Below, one piece after another: positions 12,999 to 23,059 of a stretch of 64,000 nucleotides of DNA. The position numbers were made by a program, and so were the translations under genes. The notes below the pieces were generated by a model, which had not been told where the DNA came from, ran no database searches, and saw only the letters and a program-made list of their open reading frames with translations. Source of the stretch: Gracilinanus agilis (lineage: Eukaryota); the NCBI RefSeq assembly GCF_016433145.1, contig NC_058133.1:252551881-252615880 (forward strand), written 5' to 3'. Numbering within the stretch: position 1 is the stretch's first letter; the number at the start of each line of letters is the position of its first letter.

Positions 12999-13004
12999 AA
13001 TAAA
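12999..13004 (+). terminator. Poly(A) signal, LRCH4 alternative last exon
   Basis: AATAAA about 400 nt after the TAG at 12600. Confidence 0.6.
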
Positions 13005-13229
13005 GAATTACCAGGAGCTTCCTAGGTTGACTTGGTTAGACTGCCTGTGAATGAATGCCTTTCTGTGAAACGTTTTTTTAATGCCTGGGGGGCGACAGAG
13101 AGGAGGTTCCTGTCTATTCCGGTGTATCTTTACCTCCGACCATCTAATTCCTTCACATCTCTTCATTTTGGTCTTTCTCCAGTAATTCTATCTGCCCGCC
13201 TCCCTTTTTTTCGACTTTTTCTCTGCTGC

Positions 13230-13498
13230 CCTGCCCCATCAGTGACGTGTAACGATTCCCTTGGGGGTTCCCAGCAGGTAAAAGGTCAAGCCCCTCTGAC
13301 CTCCACCCTTTGGTTTTCCCGCCCACTTTGCGGCCCTCCATGCGCCATTTTCTCATATTTCCCCACCCAAATGGGCGGGTTCCCGTTAGGGGGCGCCACG
13401 CCCCCCTGCTGAGTTAGCACCTTTTTAGTACTTGCGTACCTGGGTTGCCGCGTTGGGTGGAGGAGGGACCTCCGGACCAGGTCCTTTCCTAGGTAAGA
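13230..13498 (+). promoter_or_regulatory. SAP25 promoter and putative non-coding first exon
   Basis: Local CpG enrichment, TGACGT CRE-like site near 13244, YY1-like CGCCATTTT at 13343-13351, GGGCGG near 13373, strong donor AG|GTAAGA at 13493. Confidence 0.55.
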
Positions 13499-13833
13499 AG
13501 GGTCTGGGCGTTGAACTGGGCCTGGCCGGGTCTGGGGCACCTTGGGTCCAAAAGGGCCCTACCTCGTGGGATTCAAGGCCAGCCAGGGAGGGAAGGGGAT
13601 TTTGGGCTCCAGGTCATGGTCCTACTTAAGTGTGGCAGGAGAGCCAGAAACAGGGTCTCTGGTCTGAGGGAAGAAACAGTGGGAGCAGGGTGCCCAGAAT
13701 GCTGGAGGAAAGGTCCGCAGGTGGGGGGGTTGGGAGTGGGAGACATAAGATGCCCAGGTAGAAGAATTATGAAGCAGGACTCCCATATGACTAAAATGGT
13801 GAAGAGGAGGTAGTCTGTGTGCTCTCCCCCAGT

Positions 13834-16183
13834 ATGATCCCCTGTCTTCCCCTTGGGGAAGGAGAGGAAGGTCTGGAGAAAGACCCTCTGGATGGACAAG
13901 AGGACAATGGCTTTGGAGAAGAGAGGCCAGGGGATGTCCCCCAACCAGATTGGTGAGTGGAGGTGGGGCTGGGTAAAGCTCTAGGAAGGTGGGGGTCCAG
14001 CTTAAGGGAATAAATGGGAGAGATGAGAAGTGGCTTCTTAATGGTCCTCTTGACTTTCAGCCCCCCCCCCCCCCCCCCCGTGGCCTCTCAGGCCCAGAGG
14101 GCCCAAATTCAGCCAACAAATGGCAGGCTTCACTTCTGTGAGTAGCTTGTGGGGGGCCCAAATAAGTGAGCTGAGATTCCCTATCTCACTTTTGAATTTT
14201 GACCTCCATTGCTGACTCTCCTTATTCTTACTTTGCCTTTTCCCTTCTGGTTTTTTGACTTATTTTGACTTCAAATTCCCTTTCTTTCTAGCCCAACTTC
14301 CCACCCAGAGCCTCAAAGAGAAGAGTCAGCCAGCTCCCTGGGAACCAGATTATAAGAAAGAAACAGTATTTGAAAGGGTGAAAGGGGGGTGGGTGGGAAG
14401 GGCCAAAAGGGATTTAAGGGTGGGGTGAAATTTGTAGAGTGATTGGAGGGAGGGAGAGGATCTGTGTTGAATTTTCTGATAAAATCTTTTCCCAACCCTA
14501 GGCAGGAAATTGTGGGCCTGGTACCTCAGTCTCATACAGGACCATCTGGCATCCATCTTTCTATGCCCTGTATGATGCCCAGTGTCGTGACCCCCAAACA
14601 CTAGTTCCACCTGAAATAGAGGGGAATCAAGACAGCTCCCAATGGGATGAAGGTACTGAATTTCCCTAACCTGGTCACAAACCTAGGTCTAAGAGGCCCA
14701 GGATATGTTGATGGATTGAGGAACTTCAAGATTCCTGTTTGGGAACCCCCTTAAGTTATTTCCCTCTTTGATTCAACTCAAGCATTTAGCACCTACCATT
14801 ATGAATCTTGTACTGTGCTTGTACTTGTATTCTGGGCTTCCAAAGAAAGCACCAACTTGTGGAGCATCAGGGAAGACTTTTTTTCCTCCAGGAGGTGACA
14901 GCTGAGCTGACCCCAAAGGAAACTAGGGGGTCTAAAGTAAGGATCGAGAAAATACCAGGGATGGAGAGTCTGAACAAAGGAATCCAATGAAATGACAGCA
15001 AGTAGGACAGTTTTGTTGCACTCTATAGAGTGAGAGTGAGGGGGAGCAATGTAGTCAATACCAAAAAAACTTGTTTCACGTAGGCCTTTAAATTCCAAAC
15101 AGGAGTTTGCATTTGATCCTAGGAGAATCACTGAAGTTTCTTGAGCAGGAGCAGGGAGTCACATGGTCCGACTGGTCCTTTAAAAACATCTGATTTGCTA
15201 CCAATTTGTCCTGAGGGAAGTGCAAATTTTGCTGGCTAATTCAGAAAAACTTAGACCTCAACGGTAGTTTAAGAGGAGAGAGCAATTTATTACAGGCATA
15301 GCGACCTCCGACATGCGATGTCCAGTTCTGGTTACAGAAAAGAACATGCAAATGGAGGGTAAAGCTGGAAAGGTGGGATCTGAGCCAGATTGTGGAGGGC
15401 CTTAGGTGTGAGGCCAGGGATACATCGCCTATTCTAGGGGCAATTTGGAAACATTGAGGCTTTTGTGCACTTCTCAGGGACTAGGTCCCAACCCAGCTTT
15501 AGGATTATTTGGTTGTTGTCTGTAGAGGGGTGAGGCTGCTAGAGGCCATTAAACCTTTACAATATTCCTCTTTGAGAGCGTGGAGGGCCTGAATTAAGGC
15601 TGTGGCTGTGATTGGATGGAAAGAGTCCAATGGAGAGATGTTTAGTTAAAATCTGTGGAATTTGCCTTCTGATTGGGTTTGGATGGATGAAAGAGGAGTC
15701 TAGGATGACTTTAAGGTTGGGAAATTATAATCACTCCCTACCCCTCAGGGTTGCTAGGAGAAGGAAGTGCTTTGTGAAACTTTAGCATTTGCTAATTACT
15801 ATCCCTAGGTTTTCCTGCCCTCGGCTCTGAAGATTTCTTTTTCTCGGACCCTCTCTTGCCTTCCAGTGCTCGGATTCCCCTTAGTCTGTCCCAGCCTCCC
15901 CAACAGGTGAGAAATCCTCCCTTTCCATCAGGGTCGCTGGGGTGGACTTGAATGGGGCCCTTAAGAAGACTCAAGACTGTCCTTCAAGCTAACCTAAATA
16001 TTGTTCTTTCTTCAGGTACTGAGGAGATCTGGGCGGCTTCTTACCCCACCTCCTATAATGTCAGTCTGGCCACAGCCTATCTTGACCTGGCAGAGCGGTC
16101 CAGAGATAACAGCTATTACCAGCCTACTTGAGATGAGCCAAGGGGGCACTGAATCAGCACCCCCTACTTCAAAGGCCAGCTAG
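13834..16183 (+). CDS. SAP25: Sin3A-associated protein 25, about 226 aa, 6 coding exons
   Basis: Exons 13834-13951, 14061-14137, 14309-14377, 14502-14652, 15809-15906, 16016-16183 (681 nt, in frame). Motifs APWEPDY, RTIWHPSFYALY, EDFFFSDPLLP, LTPPPIMS and the Sin3-interaction-like PEITAITSLLEMSQG match recalled SAP25. The first three exons are less certain (poly-C run; alternative acceptor at 14292). Confidence 0.85.
14900..15720 (+). mobile_element. Decayed L2 LINE fragments in the long SAP25 intron; boundaries approximate
   Basis: Purine-rich L2-like motifs (gagtttgcatttgatcctagg, ggatgactttaaggtt). Confidence 0.5.
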
Positions 16184-16397
16184 CCAAGCGTGGTTCTCTC
16201 CTCTCAGCCTGCTCTACTCCCTGGGAGTTCAGTAGAGCAAAGATACATACATACACCCCACCCCCACCCCCCAGTCTCATCTCCTGTTGCTAGTATTGGG
16301 AGTGAACTGAAGGTTCCTTTCTGCCCAGATCCCACTGCCACACACCCCCCACCCACCTCCAACCTTTCCTATGTATGTATATGGCTGTGTTGGGCTG

Positions 16398-16403
16398 AAT
16401 AAA
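16398..16403 (+). terminator. Poly(A) signal, SAP25
   Basis: AATAAA 215 nt after the stop codon. Confidence 0.65.
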
Positions 16404-17505
16404 GAGGGTAATGTGTATTCAAGTGTCCCACAATAGAAAAGTATTTAATTAATCATTCCAGGCTCCTATAGCTAAGTACTGGGGATACAAATGCGAAGAA
16501 TCATACTCTAGCAGTGTACAGTCTAAACTATTTGTGGCATAGGCTCTAGTATGTAGTATGACTAGGAATCTGAACAGTGGGGATAACAAGTCAATCCAGA
16601 TCTTCCCCCTTTCCACTAGTAATGAATGTTCTATTGTATTGGTTGCTATCATCACTCACCCCATATCTAGGGGATGGTAGCATATGAGGAAATCACTGGA
16701 GTAGGGGGCAGAAGGGGCTGGAACAGTGCCATTAATTAGTGCAGTCTAAAAGGTGGGCTACATTGTCTCTGCTAAGACTAATGATGAGCATAGCCTTGCG
16801 TGTTTACTGGGGGGGCCGCCATGGGAGCAGAGATGTGGGGGAAAGGAAGTTCCCAGAGGTTAACGGGGCTGCACCCAGAATTACAGGGTATTTTTCTCTG
16901 AGGGCCTTACCAGCTACCAAGGGAAAGCTGCTCCTAAGATTCTTCCTTGCTCAAGGAAATTTGGTCAGGAATAATGCAGGAGCTATGAGGCTGATCTGTG
17001 GCAGCTAAGGGTTTATGTCAGGACATTCATCCTGACCAACAGGATGCAGATCTGGTGGTCTCAAGAGCACTACTCCAGGAATTCAAAATACCAATTTGGA
17101 AGGGGCAGGGAATGAGGAAGCACCTCCAGGGAAGTTGCCACAGGGGAATTCCCCGTGTTCCTCTGTCAGGATTCTAGAGAGAAATAAACAAAAAAAAAAG
17201 TCAAGAAGCTATATATGTGGGCAGTTTTTTCGAAATGCCATTTTTCAAAGTTGAAATACTGGGTTTTGTGTGTGCATTTTCTTGGTCTGTCTATCTCTTA
17301 AGATGTCTGGAAGAGGGCAGGTAGTGAGGTTAACCCCTCAGAGATTTTACTGGGGAAAGGTATTAGCCTGAAGGGCATACTACCTGGGGGAAAAGGGTTT
17401 AAGGCTAAATATCTTCGGTTCCTAAGGGTTGGCTGTATTGGACACCAAGGAGGACTAGGGCCAGGGCTTTCCACAAATTTCCCTTCCCCCAATCCCAATT
17501 AAATC

Positions 17506-19578
17506 CTACTGCAGCCCAACAACTGGAAGACGACAGTTGTCCCTTTTGCTACATTCATCACCCTTGTTGGAAAGGGAGGAAGGGTTGACAAGGGCACCCT
17601 GACTTGCACACTCACCCTCTTCACCCAGCCTCCCGAACTTGATCTTGGCATAGGTATGGGGCCGGGCCCCACGGGTAGGGACCAGAGGACGAGCCTGAGC
17701 CTGGGCCTGACTGCTTTGTCCTTCTTGCCCCGGAAGATCCAGGTCGACGTAGTTGAGGCTGCTTTCCCGGTTGGCAGTGGGAGTCTCCTCTGCCCTGCCG
17801 GCCTCCATGGCTAAGTAGACTGGACCTTCAATGCATTCGTATTCCTCTGCCGGCTCCAGAGCCCGGGGGGTTGTCAGTTTACTGGCATCCTGGTGTTTAC
17901 AGCGGCCGCTTTGGCTATCGTTGCAAGTCGCCGGATTGCCAGGGGGAAGCAGCTTTATTAATCTGTGCTGCGGCTCTGAGTAGTGGGGCACTGAGCTGGA
18001 GGAGTTCCTCGGCGACTCCGGGAAAGACCGATCCATGGTCATATATTCGGAGCCACCCCAGTTTCCAAGTGGCCGATTTGGAGGATTAGGAAGCGATGTA
18101 TCCGTCGGGGGCAACCCCATCACCATGTAACCCTTGGCCTCGATGCCTCCCATGGACACATAGTCGCCCTCGGCCTCCATAGCTATGTAGTCCCCCAGCC
18201 CACTTGGCTCCAGCCCCACCTCTGCCTTGAGGGCATAGCTCCCAGCATGGCTCTCTTCTCGAGCCACACCCCAGGCCCGAGGGGGGCTCATCTGGATATA
18301 ATCTTGGCCCCGGTGAGCTCGGGCAGCGGGTGTGGTTGGAGACTCGGGTCGGGCCAGGGCCGGGGACTTAGGGGCGGCCGGGGAGGTTCCCTGAAGTTGC
18401 TGTTCTGTGCCCAGCCCGGTCCCACCAAGCCGTTTCATTGCGTCCAGCACAGTCTCATGGATATTCCGGGCCACCAGCGCGTCGGGAGCCTGCAGCCACA
18501 GCTCCCCCGGCCCTGTGGGTGCCGATCTGCCGAGCTCCAGGAAAAAGAAGGCGTCGGTATGGCCACAACGCCGCACACTGAGTAGGGGCAGCGAGAGGGC
18601 AGGGGGCGGCAAGGAAGGGACACGGCGAGGGCTTCCGGATTCCCAGACCTCTCCGGTTTCCCTGGGCTTCCGCATGAGCCCCAGCGCCCCGGAGCTCAGG
18701 CACAGTCGGTAACAGCCGCAGCCCAGGCTACGGGTCTGTAGCCCGAGCCCCTTGGGCCGCAGGGTCACTGGCCACACCTCCTGGCACGCAGCGGGGTCTC
18801 GGGCCCCGGAGTCCTGGTCCGGGCTCCAGCCTGCAGGGAGGGAGGAAGGATGACGGGGAGTCTGAGCGGACAAATTCGGAAGACCCGGGTAAAGGGACCT
18901 GCGGGATTATTTCTGCAATGAGTGCCCCTAGGGGGAAGGCGGGATCCGGATAAAAGGAACCCACCGATGGAAGGAAACCTTTTGCCAGGTTCCCCACTAG
19001 GAACCTCCACAGGTCTAGACTTCTCCCCCTGGTGGACAACCCAGACTATCGTCCGGGACTCCCTGGACCGCTTTTATCTTCCTTCTAGACCTGAGGCTCT
19101 CACCTGTGCTTGCGCCCCCGGCGGCAATGGCGGTAGTCGCGGCCGCCGCGCGGAGCTCGAGTATGGCGCGGAACCAGGTCTGCTGCTCCTCTTCACTGGC
19201 AGCCGCCAAGCCTAGGCTGCTGTAGTGAGTGTAGAGTAAGATAAGGTGGCCCAGACGCGTATCGGCGCTCTTGGTGATAGTGCACGCTCCCACCAAACTC
19301 ACGCTCCACTTAGGGCGCACGGCCGTGCCACCTTGCAGCCCCGGCTCTTTCTCGGCGCAGGTAGCGCGAAATTTCTTCTCACTCTTGTAGCATTCTAGTC
19401 GCGGAGGCTCTGCGCGGAGCACGAAGAAACGAAGCCGCTGCGACTTTTGCTTCCGCAGATGACCGCAGAGCCATACATCAGTGGGACAGGACCAGGGCAG
19501 AGGAACGGTCCGCGAGTCTGCGGAGGAGTGGGACTCCAGGGTTGCACCAACCCTAGTACCACATGTGCCCTGCTCCAT
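17506..19578 (-). CDS. IRS3: Insulin receptor substrate 3, intact, 599 aa, 2 exons
   Basis: Exon 1 19578-19104 (ATG in aagATGG context), GT-AG intron 19103-18831, exon 2 18830-17506 (1800 nt total). PH domain CGHLRKQKSQRLRFFVLRAEPPRLECY, PTB domain VWPVTLRPKGLG..SVRRCGHTDAFFFLELGRSAPTGPGELWLQAPD, YxxM motifs, NYVDLDL and TYAKIKF. An upstream in-frame ATG at 19689 is possible. Confidence 0.95.
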
Positions 19579-20029
19579 CTTTGGGCCTAGGGGTCGAAGA
19601 ATTGACCTAGACTTGGAAGCAACTAGGGAAAGAGAGGGTGGGGGAGTTGTGGACGTGAGTTCTGAGTAATGAATGAAACGTGCATGCATTCTGCCAGGTA
19701 GGGCAGTTCTTTAGTGGGGCTAGGTCTTCAGGGCTGCTTGAACCCCGCTGTCTCCCCAGCGCTGGTTAAGCTAACCCAGGAGAGCTATCGCCTGAGTCCG
19801 CTGCTATCTCCTAGCTCCGACTTCCCCAGGGGGAAGGGGAGAGAGTGGCACAGCGAGCCCAGGTTCAGTTGGTCAGCGCTGTCTGGCTTCCCTGTGAGTT
19901 CCTTAGGAGTCTGGGGTGGACGCAACAACTCTAGCTCCTTTGGCAGTCCCTGGGGACTGCTACCTAGACCGCTCTCAGAGTCCCACTCTTCTAGGGATTT
20001 AACCCCCTACGGACCAGAGGGAATACTGG

Positions 20030-20700
20030 GGTAAGGCGGGGACGTTAGGATTTTGCCTAGTAAGGGAAGAATTGACCGGAAACTTGAGACTCGGCATTCG
20101 CCACCGCGCGGCGCTGTAGCGAGTTGCCAGAAGTCGCTTGTGAGGGAAGAATTTCGAGCCTGAGGAAGAAGGGAAGGATTGTGTCTCCCGGCGTCAAGCT
20201 CGAAGGGTGGTGTTTGAGACGTCGGCCAATCAATCCCTTTGGACAAACCGGCCAAGTGCTGGCCAATAGGCATTCGCCGCCAGTTACCTCCTCGCCCCGC
20301 CCTCCCGCTCCTGGCGGTGGTCTGGCGATTCGACCTCAGCTCCAAACTACCCCGCCCCCAATCCCTACCGAATCCCCTCCCCGCAGTAACCGTGAAGGCG
20401 AAGGCGAAGGCGAAGGCTGAGGCTTTATCAGCTGTATTGGTTGCTTGTAGTTGGGTCGGAGTAGGAAGAGTTTAGCAGTTTAGCGTAGTTTTTTATTTCC
20501 AGTCGCCGGAAGATTTTGAGAAGGCCTGCAGCGGCCCCCAGCGGAAGGCCAGGCCCACCAGGACCCCAGCCAAGTGTCCGCTGAAGGAGACCCTGGGAAG
20601 GAGAAAGAGACTGTTGGGAGCGGTAGTTCGATGCTTCTGCCCCTGGGTCGGTCTTGAGCCGAAACCGAATAGGCTCCGGGGACTTTTTCGTTAGAGCAAT
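20030..20700. promoter_or_regulatory. CpG island upstream of IRS3 (probable IRS3 promoter), overlapping the last rhomboid exon
   Basis: CpG-rich; CCAAT boxes near 20226 and 20263; GC boxes (CCCGCCC) near 20296 and 20351; (GAAGGC)4 at 20394-20417. Confidence 0.6.
20492..20497 (-). terminator. Putative poly(A) signal overlapping the rhomboid stop codon
   Basis: Minus strand reads TGG AAA TAA AAA, so the stop is embedded in AATAAA. Confidence 0.45.
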
Positions 20701-21854
20701 GTGGACATTAATCGAATCCCCTATGTGGACACTTGTGTAAGAGCAGTTTGAAGAAGGGCATTATCTGAGGTCACTGAGCTCCTGAAGAGTGAGGAGCCCC
20801 AATGAAGGGGCAAATGAACACATGATGCAGAAACATAAGACGCCACGTGGCAAAAGCCCGGGGAATCGGGATCAGGAAAATCTTAGAAATTAGGGAACTT
20901 CATTGTGGCCGCAGTTGCACCATGTAATTCTTAGCACATCAGGAGTCAGGTCCGCCCTCACATACACACATAGTCTATGAATCCTGGTGAAGTTTACGTT
21001 TGTCCCCAGCCCAACCCAAGCACCCCACTCACTTGGGGGCGATTACGCTGACCACCAAAGATTCTGCCAGGCACAACAATAGGTTCCCCACAAGGTTGCT
21101 GTCGGAGCTGGACATCACCTGCATGGCAAACAGGACACCTTGGGGGTGGAGGGGAAGAGGACTCCATGGGTTTACTACCCTCCAGGAGTCCCAGATTCTC
21201 TTCCCACCCCCTCTCCTTTCCAAAGGAATCATGAAAATTCCCAGCTACACGGTATAGCTTCATCCTTGGGAGAAACATAATATAGCTCAAGGCAAAGCAA
21301 TTTCTCTGGATATTTCAGGCTGGATTAGTGTGGAGGTTCAGAATGACTGCTCTATCCAGAATTTGGTTGACCTGAAGCAATGGAAGACTGATTTTCCATG
21401 ATACCACCCTACCCCGCCACCCCTGGGGTTTTTTTTCTCTTTGAAATAGGATTTTCCTGTCCCTCCTTGTACCCGAGAAGCCAAGCGCACAACCAGCACG
21501 GTAACCAGGATCTCGGAATGGCACCTCCATGGCCAAGTTGAGGACAAGGTGAAGGAAACCTGTGAACAGCGCAGCTGAGAACATCAGGATTAGCATTCGA
21601 CCTGTGCCCACAGACTGTTCCAGATGACGTCCAGTCAGCCACAGCCCCACCACATTGCAGGCGAGGTGCCAGGGGTTCTCATGGTGCACAGGTGCCAGCA
21701 GCAGCAAAAGCCACCAGCGGTTGGCTGTAGCCAGTGAAAGGCAGGAATTGTTGGGGTCCAAGAGTGGCCACAGGAACAGGCTTATAATAAAGGATATGGT
21801 CCCCACTGTGGCTTGGGGCCAGGGTACTGGCCCCTCTTTTATTGCTATCACCAT
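20493..21854 (-). CDS. RHBDD1/RHBDL4-like rhomboid intramembrane serine protease, 195 aa, 3 coding exons
   Basis: Exons 21854-21473 (phase 1), 21138-21033 (phase 2), 20592-20493; GT-AG introns; 588 nt open frame. Protein: MVIAIKEGPVPWPQATVGTISFIISLFLWPLLDPNNSCLSLATANRWWLLLLLAPVHHENPWHLACNVVGLWLTGRHLEQSVGTGRMLILMFSAALFTGFLHLVLNLAMEVPFRDPGYRAGCALGFSGVLFAMQVMSSSDSNLVGNLLLCLAESLVVSVIAPKVSFSGHLAGVLVGLAFRWGPLQAFSKSSGDWK. Contains HHxxxWHxxxN, GFSG (Ser127) and GHLAG (His169). The exact N-terminus is uncertain. Confidence 0.9.
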
Positions 21855-23059
21855 AGGTTGAGGGAGGGAGGACAGAAATTAGGGAACTCCAAGCATTTCC
21901 CCCAATTCAGGTAGGCCTTAACTTTCAGCTTTCACTTTGCAGCTGGAACCCAGGTGGTCTTATCCTCCCTAGCCCAGATCTTCCCAAAGGGACCCAGGTG
22001 CCCATTCCAAGCCCCCTATTCTCAATCTGGTCTGATTTGAACCCACTTATGGGGGTTGAGGAGTCCCTTCATATCAGCCCCTCCTCCAGACCTCTATTCA
22101 GTCTGGTCCTTTGTGACAGCAACTGTGATTTCACAGAGATTAATAACCCTACCCTTGGGTCTGGACCCCTCCAAGCAAATAGCAAGGTGGTCAAAAGGGG
22201 CACTAGGTAACTATGGGAAGGGACAAAATAGGTAGATGAGGGACCAGAATTAAATGTTGGGGGTGGGGAGGAAGGGCATTTACTAAGTAATCCAACAACT
22301 TTCTGAGCATGGGGTTAGGGGGGACCCAAAACAACAAAAATAGAGAAAAACAATAATCAGTTGTTCACTGAGTCACAGCTAATTCACTCAGATATGATAT
22401 GCTACTGTCTTAGTAACTTTAAGGAGCTTGCCTGAAAGAACTGACTAGATCTGGTAGGTGGGGAGTAGCAAAGTAGGAGTAGGAAAAATACTGTTTCCAG
22501 TTTATAAAGCGCCTCATATATTCTCATTTAATCCTCAATTATTCCTATAGATAAGAGAGCCCTATTGCATTGATGAAGTAAGAATAGAACATTAAATAAT
22601 GTGTAACTAGGTGATGGTAGAGTCATGATTTATCTCAGATCTGCCTGACCATTCTGGTAATTCAGAGAGAACCTCTTCCAGAAAGTTGGAAGAGGGACAC
22701 ACCTAGTGTTATTGCCATTCATATATGGTCTCCAATTTAGCTTCCTGAATTTTAACCAATCCAGAGAAAGGTGTCAAGATAGTTCCCAACTGCTGACTCC
22801 CTAAATTATTTTCTTACCTCAGAAGCATGGTGGAACCTAATAGAGAAATAAGTAGTTTTAATGAATGCTTATTTTTATCTGTGCTTCATGGGTCTCCAAG
22901 AAGAACCTGAAAGAACACACACATACCTCTCATGGATATACTTGCTAATGCTGATACGGCTAGGGGATGTGTCCCTGGCAGATGACTAGATGACCTCACA
23001 ATTGTGTATCATTTGATTATTTTCAAAATATTTTTATGTCATCTGATTAAAAGAATTTA

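Noticed and set aside
17871-18712. Several plus-strand ORFs antisense to IRS3
   Set aside because: Expected shadow ORFs of a GC-rich coding exon.
20994-21305. Alternative rhomboid exon 2 from an acceptor at 21305 (CFALSYIMF..)
   Set aside because: The FAL resemblance is chance: the phase does not fit the donor. The 21138 exon gives GVLFAMQV in frame and leads on to the GHLAG exon.
21315-21472. C-terminal part of ORF 21315..21854 (TRRDRKILF..)
   Set aside because: This is read-through into intron 1 past the donor at 21472; homology stops exactly at GFSG.
20493-21854. Rhomboid as a processed pseudogene of RHBDD1
   Set aside because: It has two canonical introns, no stops or frameshifts, no poly-A tract with TSD, and an intact catalytic dyad.
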